Shown in pieces: positions 24,640-36,494 of a stretch of DNA of 64,000 nt. Source of the stretch: Isurus oxyrinchus (taxonomy: Eukaryota); the NCBI GenBank assembly GCA_026770705.1, contig JANJGN010000014.1:113026001-113090000 (forward strand), read 5' to 3'. Numbering within the stretch: the stretch's first letter is position 1; each line of letters begins with the position of its first letter. Made by a program: the position numbers and the translations under genes. The notes under the pieces are model-generated. The model saw nothing but the letters and a program-made list of their open reading frames with translations, ran no database searches and had not been told where the DNA came from.

Positions 24640-25490
24640 GAAAAAGTCTCCAACTCTGAGTTAGAGTCAGAGGCTTTGGAGGGTTCTGACTCACTTACCT
24701 GGATAGTTACCCAGGAAATGGCAGAGAGGAAAAAAACATATCTAACTCCTGTGTAGATATACAACTGACCCATCACCCTTCCCCTGACTCCCCGGTGTCC
24801 CCCCCACCCACCCCACCAATTTCCCACTAACACCCCGACTCCCCCTGACCCTCTGATCTCCTTGATCTTCCAACCTACTAATCCTCTGACTCCCATGACC
24901 TTCTGACCCCTGACACTCCAACTCTCCTTAGTCCCTCCAAACTCCCTGACCCTCCAACCCCCCTACACTCTGGATGCCGCCCCCACCCCACCCCCACCGG
25001 ACCCACACACACCATCCCACCCCCCCCCCCATAACCCTCTAACATCCCCTGACAGGACCTGATTCAACATCACCATCCTAGCCAGCTGGCACCCAACCCA
25101 CCCTGCAACCTTCCATCCTGCCACCCTACCCAACTGGCACCCTAACCACCCTGTCACCCTACCCATTCTCTAATTCATTCCATTCTCCATTCTCACACTC
25201 ATTCACTAATACAGGGAAAAACTATTTAAATGTCCCAAAGCTTTTTGCAATGTTAGCGAATAAAGACTTTCCAAAATATGGCAGCTAGTGCTATAAAGAA
25301 GGTGGCATGGTTTAGCTTCCCCTGACAATCTAGTCCAATGAAGAAGGACCCTGAGAACAGGTACACTCTTCATTTCTGAATTTTTCCAGTTTGGAAGTCC
25401 AGGCCAGAAATACGGAGATCCAGTACTGTGTAAAAAAAAAAGGACGGTGATTGAAGATTCGGTCCATAACATCCTTAGAACAGCAATATA
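24640..25490. mobile_element. Non-autonomous DNA transposon with a C-rich core (homologue of 31239-32223, inverted)
   Basis: A gttacccag.aaa...ct.a.t..tg.gta...t.ta.a.ctgacc segment is shared; ccccga/cccaccc low-complexity core. Confidence 0.55.
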
Positions 25491-25552
25491 ATTTTAGTTA
25501 GCTCCTGAGGGAAATGTCCACCCTGGAGCCTTGCTCTCTCTCAATCTTCTTT

Positions 25553-26458
25553 TGTTCTGACATGGCAGATGATGTGTGCCCAGTGGACGAAATCCACAAG
25601 GGAAATCTTGTCGCACTATCACAATGGTTTTGCAATTTGTATTTATTACGAGATGTGTGCACTGAATTCAGAAGTAATAAGTCCACCAAGACCTTTAGAG
25701 ATTTTAAAAATTAGATTGAAACATTTAGTAGCAAAGTATAAAAGATTCCAAGCATATACTTAAGACTATAATTACTTACTACTATAATAACTCCTAAAAT
25801 TCCTAATTAACCTGATCCACAGTTACACTCCCTTTAAGGCAACAATCCAAAATAGATTTTAGGCCTAAACCAGAACCAGCAAACTAACATAATAACCACT
25901 TGACAGTGGAATTCTATATGGCTTTTCCGCAACTTCAGTTTTGTTATGCAGCAGACTTATGCACACATGGCTTGAGGCTTTGTTAAGGCTATTTCACACA
26001 CTCTTGTTAGATCTTTCATACCCTTCTGACACATAGCTTTTCATTCTCCTTTTCACATGTTTCTCTCTTTTTAATATGTACATTCTATTGTTCCATATAT
26101 CTTTGAAACTGTATCTTCTTCATTATATAAAAACTTTCATGTGGCTAATATATTGTCAGTTACCTTTGGCCTTGCTTGTCTGGCTAGTTGTAAACAGACT
26201 AAGATCCCTTTGAAAGCCAAATCTCTTTATTTATCTAAAACACAAATTCCCTCCACATCTGACATGTGAAGCCAGCATCCATGTTTACTCATTAGCATGT
26301 CAAGCACCTAGCTTCCTTTGATGATTTCAAATTGGCAGTCTACTTGACTCCACATGTAATTAAATCACACATAGACAGACCCAACTATGCTTAACCCCGT
26401 AAAGCTATCTCTCTATAACCCAGAAAAATATTATGAAAATTATTATGCTTTCATCACA
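25553..26458 (-). mobile_element. Solo LTR (~906 bp), same family as 21486-22397
   Basis: TG...CA termini; TSD CTTT; colinear similarity (tggcagatgatgtgtgc, actataataactcc, tattatga.aattattat). Confidence 0.88.
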
Positions 26459-27284
26459 CTTTGAAATAAGCAGGCTGCACTCAAAAATGCGAGGTACCTT
26501 TAAAATTTCTGCCCAGCTGCATGCACACTGTCTTACATTGAATGACTTTTGAGAAGTTTGCATGTACTTTCCATATTGCTGTGTGTCTGCGCATGCGAAT
26601 AGCTTAGAGGGAACACTGTTGTGGCGGGGGGGGCCTGTCAGGTAAATGTAAAACATATCTTTGTGGACAGGAGGAATAGGAATGCTGCTTCCGGCCACCC
26701 AAAGCCTATAGCTGTGTCAACCTTACCCCTATAACCTACAACATTTTCCATAAGTTCCCATTACCCCCCATACCCTGCATGCCCCACAGTTGCTTGATTG
26801 CCAGTATAACAGCCTCCAGACTGTCTGATCTTCATGGGTCCAACCTGCTCACATCAGGTGGGCAGATAGCTAGTGTAATTAGTGTTAGTGAAGCCAAGTT
26901 ATTAAAACAGGCCAGGCATCCCACTGCAGCTTCTTGGCAGATGGCACGTGTCTCCTCCCGTTTTTCCCCTTAGGAGTGAAATTCAAGTTGTTAATGCCAT
27001 CACTCAGGAAGGGCGCTCACCAAGAATGTTTTCTCTTCATTTTGCTGTTTGTTTTCTCAAGGTAGCAATGTGCAAAAGTGATCAGATTTTTTCCTGGGAA
27101 ATTGAAAGACATTAGTAACTTTGAATACAAAATTGATCACTGAATTTCCTCCTCCTATTTGTGTGTGCAGGAATGATTAATTCCCTCAATTAATTTTCAT
27201 CCAAGCGGTACAACTCCTTCCAGTTTCAACTGTTGTTATTAGTTAGAGTTGAAAGGGTATTACTGTTGAGAAGTAAATAATTTA

Positions 27285-27871
27285 GGCCAGAATTTTATGC
27301 CCGAGCGTAATATGATGTGCAATGATGTCAGGCGTGCATCCCAATGTCATTCCGCACTTGTGCGATATTTCGTTCAGTGGGCGCGCACTGGAGTCGGCTG
27401 CACTCCTGCTGATAATTAAAGGGTCTATTAAGGCCATTAACAAGGTAACTAACTTAAAATTTACGCTGCCCATCCATCTAACGGTTGGCGGGCAGGCGAA
27501 TAGGCCAAGCGGCCTTTACATTTTTTTAGGAAACCTTATCCACGATTGGGATGAGGTTCCCTAAAGCAAATACTCATTAAATAAAAACTTTACTTTGAAA
27601 TTAAAAACATGTCCCATCTCATGTGACACAGCCAGGCCCTCTCTACCTTCCCCAACCCCCAACACTCCTCCACTAACCCCCACCCCCCCCAACCTCCCCC
27701 AACCCAGCCTGCGCAGGTAGCACTGAGCACTGCCGCTCATGATCCATGCAGGGAGTTATTGGCTCACCCACGTGAAATCGCGGACCGGAGCCGATCGCGG
27801 ATGGCGGCCGGCTTCCTGACTGCCCCCGCCTGCTCCCACCAACCCTGCCCGATGAGGGAAAGATTCTGGCC
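27285..27871. mobile_element. Harbinger-type MITE (family of 16147-16832, inverted)
   Basis: TIR ggccagaattt / agattctggcc; TSD TTA on both sides. Confidence 0.88.
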
Positions 27872-28423
27872 TTAGAATTGCATTGTACAGATGGCATAGA
27901 AGGAGATTAAGGATTTAAGATTCAACATTTTGTCTGTATTTATGTCAAATACTTTAGTACCACACAGCAAGGTATGAACATTATCATAAGGGTTAAGAAC
28001 ATTGTGTTTCAAACTATATTATGAGCTGGAAAATATAAAGTAGACAATTAAAGACTGGTGCAGCTGATGTTGTCTGTACCCTACATTATGCTACAGCATA
28101 CAGAAATGTCCACAATGAAAACAAATATCCACGGTGTACTCTCAATTTTCCAATTGGAGTGCCCAAAATTCAACAGAAGTAGATTTTAAAGTAATTACAA
28201 AAACCTTGATGCTTGTATAATTTCTTTATTCAATTTTATCTGTGTTTTGCCTTTCTTCCAGTCATAAATGTAGGGGGCTCTTGCTGGACTATGGTCCCAG
28301 TGTTGCGGTAACCACCCAGCACTTTACTAAATTTGACATGCTAAACCTAGCCAGTCAGCGTCAACAGGCTATTCGACAAAAGGGCACCCACTGTCAAGCT
28401 CTATCTTATTCTCAATTAATAAC

Positions 28424-28870
28424 AGTGTCAGCCTTGGTTCAATGATAACCCTCGGATTTCTGATTCAGTAGGTTGTAAGTTCAAGCTGTATCCTGGAGAC
28501 AAGACACTATAATCAAGGCTGACACTTCAGTGAAGTATTGATTATTGATGCTGCACTGTCAAAGGTGCTATCCTTTGGATGGAAAGTTAATGCCACATCT
28601 TCCTCCTCAGGTAGGCATAAAGCATCTCATAGCATAATGCGAAGAAGAGAATGGCTATGCGTTCTGTAATTCTTGTCAACACTTGTTCCTCAATCAACAT
28701 CAATTAAAGAAGATCATGGAGTGATTTATCTCATAGCTTTGTGAGTTTTTCCTGCATAAAAAAGGGCTTATGTGTTAGCATAGATTACAACGATGATGAT
28801 AGTTCATGAGTATTTAATTAGCTGTCTCAAGGATGTGAAAGATGCTATATAAATACAACTTCTTTATTTC
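28424..28870 (+). mobile_element. DeuSINE (SacSINE1/AmnSINE1-like), old
   Basis: tRNA-like head; Deu-domain-like gctgcactgtc..aggtgct.tc.tttggatg..cgaagaagag..cctcaatcaacatca; tail gtgaaagatgctatataaat.caa. A 3' fragment also lies at ~52240-52370. Confidence 0.7.
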
Positions 28871-29005
28871 TCATCCAAAAGTCCTTGTATTATGAGTTAA
28901 AAGCTTAGTCACATATCTTTGAAAAATTCTATGGCTGCAACGTTTGGTGTGAAACACTGATCTTTTGATGCTATGGGTACCATTTTGATTCAAAATGACA
29001 TGTGC

Positions 29006-29060
<55 letters not shown>
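29006..29060 (+). repeat. (CA)n microsatellite
   Basis: Perfect CA run of about 27 units. Confidence 0.98.
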
Positions 29061-29062
<2 letters not shown>

Positions 29063-29626
29063 CCTGGTGCTGGTGAAGGAGACATGCACTGGAAGCATGC
29101 AGACTTAGCAGTTCACAAAATGAGTAATGCTGATATAAAGCCAACAATGCCATTTCTGATCTGAACACTCCAGCTAATGTCCCCTCTTCCTGCAGAAATG
29201 AACATCATTCAGCAGCAGTGTTACGTAAAGGGATCATTGGTGACTTTCAGTTTATTTCTTGATTGAGTTCTGTTGTGTTGTTATACTGGTATAAAGGCAC
29301 TAATCACTTATAAGAAATTGGGGAAACATGCTGTTGGTTCATTTATTTAGATTAGACATATGAGAACAAGTGTATATAGATAGAAAGCTTGAAGACATCA
29401 GCAGCAAAGCTGTGTGATCTGCTCAAAGGAAAAGTGAAACTATAGATCACACGACATACTTCCCTTCTAGTGAGGTCATGCTGTGATCCTTAAAGCATAT
29501 TAAAACAGATTCTGTTGGCTGTTACTGAGTTTGGCGGTTTGTACTGCTATTAAAAGTTACTAAAGTCTACATGCAGTATTGTGGTACATTGTGAAGGCAT
29601 TGGTTCTTACTTCAAAGATCCACAGA

Positions 29627-30385
29627 TATGGGTGCAGTAGCTTTTATGTCCCTTGGCCTGCAGCATGATAGGAAGAATGAGCAGAGGTGACACAGAGAAG
29701 AACAAGATGCTGGAAGAGGGTGGAGGAGGAGGAAGAGGTGAAGGGATCTCAGTTGGAGGCCATATCCCCCCACGGTGTTCACAGTGTGATTCTTCTACCT
29801 GAACCTCAGTGAGAAACAGCGTTTTAGATGCCTCTGCTTCACTAAGGAGGTACTCACTGTAGACACAGCTGCAGCCTCAGAGCAGGGTGAGGAGAACATT
29901 GTCAGTGACTGTGATTTTTTTTTAAACATTTGGTTCCTTCCAGGCCAGAGCAGGCAAAACTTCTAACGTATAACTGTTTGCCATCTATTGTTGCCTGAGG
30001 GCGGCTCCTGAGTCTCTGTATTCCATGAGAGCTGCATACATTTAATTTTCCTTTGCTAGAGAGAAACAGGCAGAGCGAGCACACAGCTTCACCAGGATAG
30101 TAGGCTTCCCCATGGTGTAGAGCCATTAGCTACTCACATCGTTTTTTGGGTGCGCCATGAAGATGATGTGCAGTAACCAGGAGGAATGCCACCCTCTCAA
30201 TACCCAGCTGCAGTACAACAATACTCAACACATCATGCAAGTTAATGCTCAGTAACTTGGCAGCAATCACAATGCTTTCGTACTGTGGCAATCTGCTGTG
30301 CCATCTATATTTGAGACACCATGACAAGCTGGAGGGTGCCTACTGGGTGATGAGTGCTATCTGTTGAAGGCATGGTTAATGACCT
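29627..30385 (+). pseudogene. Harbinger (HARBI1-like) DDE transposase remnant
   Basis: RPYP..YLNLSEKQ..CL.FTKEV; THI..NQEECHPLNTQL..IMQVNAQ..GSNHNAFVLWQSAVP..LLGDECYLLKAWLMT. Confidence 0.75.
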
Positions 30386-30416
30386 CATCCTGCAGGGGAG
30401 AAAAAAATGTGACAAT

Positions 30417-30860
30417 TGGCAGAATTTTGCCCTCTTGGACGGGTGGGCTGGGTGGGCCCAGGAGCCGTCACTAAGCCGATCGCCGACTGTGATCGGGCCC
30501 CGACATGGATTTCACGCCATTAATTGGCCAGCCAGCATGAAACACGCACTACTGTGCTGCCAGGGTGGGGGCGGGAGGAGCACGAGCACAGAAGTGTGCT
30601 CATGCACAGCGGTTCACACAGTAAAAGCTCCCTGAGGCACAGAGCTGCCTCAGGGAGCTGAAGATTTTTACTAATAAAAATAAAGCTATTAAAAGTAAAG
30701 AAAACATGTCTCCTCAGCATAAGCAGGGACATGTCAAATATGAGTGCTTAAAGTTTTTAAATTTTTTTTTAATCACTGGTCGAAACCTCATTCTGCCCAT
30801 GGATGAGTTTTCGCCAAAAAATGCAAAGGCAGCTTGGCCTTTTCACCTGCCTGCCAACCG
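30417..30860. mobile_element. Truncated Harbinger MITE copy
   Basis: tggcagaattttgccc start; shares ctccctgaggcacagagctgcctcaggga and gaaacctcat..ggatgag with 16147-16832. Confidence 0.75.
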
Positions 30861-31238
30861 AATGGGCTCCTGGCATATTTGACATCGTGCTTGCTGCACT
30901 TTCCCCTATTGCACTTTTAGTCAGTGTTATTCTGCTTAGAATATCTTCTCCCACCACTTCTGGAACCTGTTCCAAAAGGTGCATGATGACTTTAAGTAGT
31001 GCAAGCCAGCTTTATGTGGTGTTAACCTCATAGGAACTTATGCCACCAACTGAGGTATGCAGCCACTCTATAGGGTGTTCAGCATTGGTCATTAAAATCA
31101 CTTGAATTAACAGGCAGCATGAAGCTTGCACACAGTTTTAATTTGAACGAATGGGCGCCGGTTAATCATACATTGCTTTCCCTCCACCCATTTTCGGGTG
31201 CCAATGAATTTGCCCTTACCTCTCTTATTTCACTCATT

Positions 31239-32223
31239 GGGCCATAGCTTCCATGCAGCGGCAATCAGAGTTGGATTGCCACTCTGCTCTTAGTAACTTA
31301 CCTTAAAATCAAGCCATTCCTTTCTCGCTCCACCTTCCGGTTCAGACCGGGTGAGAAAGGTGTAGTGGGTTGGCGATCCTTTGTGTTGAGGACAGCCGAG
31401 CCAGAGGTAAGGAAGCCATGCCCCCTATTTTACAGCACTAGCTGTCATAAAGCAGGTTACGTTTAAAAGTCCAGTCACTTTAAAGAGGCAGGGAGAAGGT
31501 AAGTTTGTAAGGTAAGTGGGCAGGATTGGGGGGCTGGGTCGGGTGGTCAGTGTGGGAGGGTGGATCAGTGGGGGGGATGTTTATGTGGGGGGGTTGGGTG
31601 GTTATTGGGGCATGTTCAGCGGAGGGGTGGTCAGCAGGAGGGTGATCAATGGGGGGGTTGTCAGTGCAGGTGTTGACTATGGGGAGGTCATCTGTAGGGG
31701 GGCTCATGGGTAGTTGGGTATGGGAAGGGCAGTTGAGATTGGGGGCAGTCGGGGTGTAGTCGGTGGTGGGGATTTTAGTCGGGGAGGTTGGGGATTGTAG
31801 TCAGGGAGTGGGAAGGGCAGACAGTGATCCTGCAGAGGGTCACGGGGACAGGGGTGTAGTCATTGGGGGTAGTTAGGGGCTTCCATGAAGGATCAGAGGG
31901 CTCTGGGAAATCCCATGGAGGAGGGTGGGAGGGGGGGCGGCAGTGGTCAGTATAATGTTACCCAAAATTCAGAAATGGTTTTAATTCTTCTAACTTTTTC
32001 TGGGTAACAATTACTGTAAGATAGTTGGAACCATCTGAAGTTTGCTATTTAGATTGCAGTATCAGATGGTTCCCAGTGCAAGGTAATTACCCAATGGAAG
32101 TTTGAACTTCCTGTGTAATTGATGTGTAATCCTTATTTTGGGCATGTGGGCGGTGGGGGTGTTTGGTTCCCTGACACATCTTTGGGATACCCCCCAAGTA
32201 CAGAGGAATGGAAGTTAAGGGCC
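31239..32223. mobile_element. Non-autonomous Harbinger-like element with a G-rich core
   Basis: TIRs gggccatagcttcca / tggaagttaagggcc (12/15 match); TSD ATT on both sides. Confidence 0.7.
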
Positions 32224-32635
32224 ATTGAAGTTAATTTTCATGTGCAGTGTAAATTGGGCAGATGATGAGTGAGGCCCATTCAAGTCCTGGTATCAGGGCT
32301 TCCATGCCCTTTTCAGTGCCAGGATGAATTTAAATACAATCGGAGAGCTGTCAGTGCTAACTGAGCTTGTTAAAGGCTTTGCTTTGTGATTGCTTCATGC
32401 TAAGATCATTCTTTACAATGTGGTTGTGTTTGTGGTGCCCTAAGGGCACATGCGTTCATCTTTAAAAATTTCATCTGGTGACATGAGGCAATTCAATGTC
32501 ACCTCCACAGATACACTAAAACAAGGTCTATAGTAAAATACCAATCGGGGAGCACATGAAATTTGGCAGGCTGTCACTGCATAAAGGGAATCTACAACCC
32601 TGAGAAGAAGGAAGTGCTCTTTGCTGGTGGATAGA

Positions 32636-34400
32636 TGACAGAAGTCAGGTTTCCATAGGATCCCCAGATTGTCTGATGTGGCAGTGGAGGTACCCAGAGT
32701 AAGAAAGCAGCATGAGCTTGGGTCATTTCCTTTCCAATTGGTGACAGCAGTCCTGATATTTCTCAGCTGCAATGGAGGAGGTGGAAGAGCAAATAGATGC
32801 CACAGGCATTGGTGCCAGGACACAGCAGCCCTGCAAGAAAAGATTTTTAGACTGTCGAGGTAAGGCTCCACTGGATATCTCTCTTTTATACCCAGTAATA
32901 ATAATCTTTCCCTCCTCTGACCTTCACCTTTCAAACAAAACAGGACACTTTATTGCATTCATGCACTTACCATCTGCTATTGCCCTCACAGCAACTTCCC
33001 CCTCAATTGCTTCATCTTTTACTCTGGACGCACATTATGCTGAGTTGCTTTACATATCCTGAAAACCCTACAGCAGGATGAGTAATAATCAACTTTCATT
33101 CTCCTTGCCGGAGAAATTAGCAGTGAACAGAAGGAAAAGTGAAAAGAACAGAAGGAGGACGAGCCTCTGTACAGACAGTAATACCAATGGAAGAGGCTGC
33201 TATCAACGTCATTGATATAGAAAAGACATGTAGCACTGGAGATGACCAGGTTGGAGGCTAGCCATAGCAGCAAGTTTGGACATTTTATTCTCCTTTTTCA
33301 TTTGTAATTAGCACTGTCATTCACACAATTACACAGTCAGGATGACAGGGTGCAGTCCATGTGCTGTTAGGAAGGGAGTTCCGGGATTTTGACCAAGCAA
33401 CAGTGAAGGAACAATGATATATTTCCAAGTCAGGATGGTGAATGACTTGGAAGGGAACTTCCAGGTGGTGGTATTCCCATCTATCTGTTGCCCTTGTCCT
33501 TCTAGATGGTAGTGGTCGTGGGTTCGGAAGGTGCTGTTGAAGGAGCCTTGGTGAATTCCTGTCGTGCATCTTGTAGGGTACACACTGCTGCTACTGTGTG
33601 TCGTTAGTGGAAGGAGTGAATGTTTGTGGATGGGGTGCCAGTCAAGCGGGCTGCTTTGTCCTGGAAAGTGTTAAGCTTCTTGAGTGTTGTGGGAACTGCA
33701 CTCATCCAGGCAAGTGGGGAGTATTCCATCACACTCCTGACTTGTGTAGAGGGTGGACAGGCTTTGGGGAGTCAGGAGGCGTGCTACTCTTTGCACAATT
33801 CCTAGCCGCTGACCTGCTCTTGTAACCGCAGTATTTATATGGCTAGTCTTGTTCAGTTTCTGATATCTTATCCCATATTATTTGATCCTACCCTTATGTG
33901 CTAGCACTTGTCTCCATTTTTCCTGGGTGCACCAGGTGTCTCACAGGTACACATTGAGTAGGAGACCCTCATGAATCTGTATTCCCATGTTCTCACCCTT
34001 CCAAACACCAGCATTGAAATCAGCATCTTGTGCAATATAGACAATGAATTAGAGGTGTCTGCACTGGGTGGTACAGAAACAGATGTACACAGAAAGGATG
34101 GCCCAGTAAACAACTCACCTGGAGGTGATGCCCCTACCTGCCCTAATCCTGATAAAAAGGTAGACTTTAGAGATCTAGCCTTTAAAGGAAAGAAGCTAGG
34201 ACTTGCTGAATGCATTGAACTGCCTTCCAAAAAGCTTCCACTACATGTTAGAAAGTGTGGAGAAGCCCAGACCAACTTGTTTTGGATTTGAACATATGGC
34301 ATTAATATTCTGCAGTCAACCATTGAACCTTTGTGGATGGTATTGCCAGGCTCTACCTGCAGGATTCTGTGGCACCATTAATGATATCTCTCAGCGATGC
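32636..34400 (+). pseudogene. Harbinger Myb/SANT-like gene remnant, interrupted by a LINE fragment (~33350-33860)
   Basis: PRLSDVAVEV..QLQWR..VEEQIDATGIGARTQQPCKKRFLDCR followed by a gtaag donor at ~32860. Confidence 0.55.
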
Positions 34401-36494
34401 TGACAGCGAGGTCACACAGGCTTGAGCTCAGCCATTTCCTTGCGCAAGTTGGGAGACCAAACGAAGAGGGGCTGCTGTCAGCTCATGAATCTCCTAACAT
34501 GTTTTTTTGCCTCACAGATGAGTGAGAGTGCTGAACTGCAGTCCAATTGTGTTGGAGAATGGACATGTAGACATTTCTCAGGACCTTCAGACCACTTCAA
34601 CCAATGCACATCCTGGTAGCAGAGTATCAGCTGGAACAGACTGCCGTGGAATTCACTGGCTTACTGTAATCTACAGTTAACTACAAACATCTTAAGAGCC
34701 CTTTAATGAGCTTGAGCAGCCTTCCATCTCTGATGTCGTAACACCCCTTTGGAGCATTAAAGTAAGGCAAGGAGCAGGGTAACACCTCGTATTAAGTATG
34801 TATATAAATTATGAAAATTATAAGCTTTTTTGAAACATTTGTTGCAGGGAGTTTTGTTGTATCCCGAAATCAATGCTGGTCTTTGGGAGGATGTAATTTA
34901 TCTGATGGTAGAGGAATAAGATAGATATTGGACCTGACTGTTAATACAGGGTAGCAGTAATTGTTCAGTTGGAGCACTTTTTTTTAATGCACTGCTGCTA
35001 AAGAGCTCTGGCTGCAGGCAATTGTAGGAACTTGCTCCCCATGTCATCAGTGTCTGTTTTCACCAACTGTGTTGAATGTACTTCTCAAATGGCATTGCCA
35101 TATGTTGTCCATATTCCATATCAAATTTATGTAGCACAAGATAAAGCACAGTCATTTATGATGCTACTTGTAGTCAGTATTGCAGCAAGCCACCATCTCC
35201 AATGATCTATAACTGGTCCTAATTCTGGCAACTGCTAGAGAATGACAATGTTATAATGGCCATGTTAATGTAAGTTCAGCACTCAAATTTTAACTTCCCT
35301 CCTGTTTGATCTTCATGGCACAGAGGGTGCTAATGTTGTTCCAGCATGGGTTTTTGCCCAAACAGGACATAGGATAGGACATATATTTTTTTTAACGTAT
35401 AGAATGAAATAAACAGGTTTTAAGAATGAAAGAGGTGTGGCCTTTTGACCATATATTATGCATGATCTTTCAATCAAACTGCCTGCTTAGATTTTGATGT
35501 AGGGGTGCAGAGGTCAACAGTAACTTACATATAAAACACATGGCAGTCTTGTCATGCAGGCAATTTCTTTGTTTAAAATATACTGTCTCTCTCTTACATG
35601 CCTGATGTAAAAGCAAACCACATACTCAGAATTATCACAATTGTAAAAATGCTGGTGTGCATAGCATTATGATAAGGATAACTGCAAAACCCGCTTATGC
35701 ATATAAAATTGGATTTATCTTTCAGAGACATGAATCTAAACTAAACCAAAAATGAATGGTTGAGCAGAAGATATACCAGCATTCAAGATTGGATTTAATA
35801 GATGAATAAAGGGTTTGGGGATCAGGGTGAGTAAATGTGATTAGAACAATTTGCTTGTATGGCAGATAAATACCGACATGGACTGGTTTTCCTCTGAAGG
35901 TTTGCATCCTCAGATCTAAAGCTGCAACCTTAATTTAAGCTGCATTAAAATTAGACCTTAAAATGATACTGTGTGATTTATTTAAACAAGTGTGCACCTC
36001 ACTAAAATGAAGAGTACATAACATTCAGACAAACTCATTAAGTGTATATCAAAGTGTATTTTTAAGATCTAAATCAATAACCAAGGTTAATAAAAGGAAT
36101 AAGGGTGCTGCTTCTTTCACAGATTATGTATAATTTGACCTATCATGGGGCTGCCTGAGTCTTCTCCAAAATATTCATGCAAAATTCCACTGCTAACTTT
36201 CACCCTATATTATTTACCTTTGCCCATGTTGTTCCCAGTGAAGAACTTTTCCATGAAATGAACAGCTTGGAAATCTGGTTAGAAGTAGGGTGTAGATGTG
36301 TTTCAAAGTGCAATGTTATTTCTGGAGTGTTTCCTTTTTAACCAATAGCTTTAACAGTTACTCTGACTAATAATCTCAATTTTGGTAGCATGCCTGTTAC
36401 TTAATTGACTCAACATTAGTCAGTTTGAGCAATGAGAGTAAAATGTGTTTATTAAAACATAAGGCAGTTAAATTAAAAAGAAGCCTACGGTGCA

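Noticed and set aside
28871-29168. ORFs with CVCVCV / HTHTHT runs
   Set aside because: They are translations of the (CA)n microsatellite.
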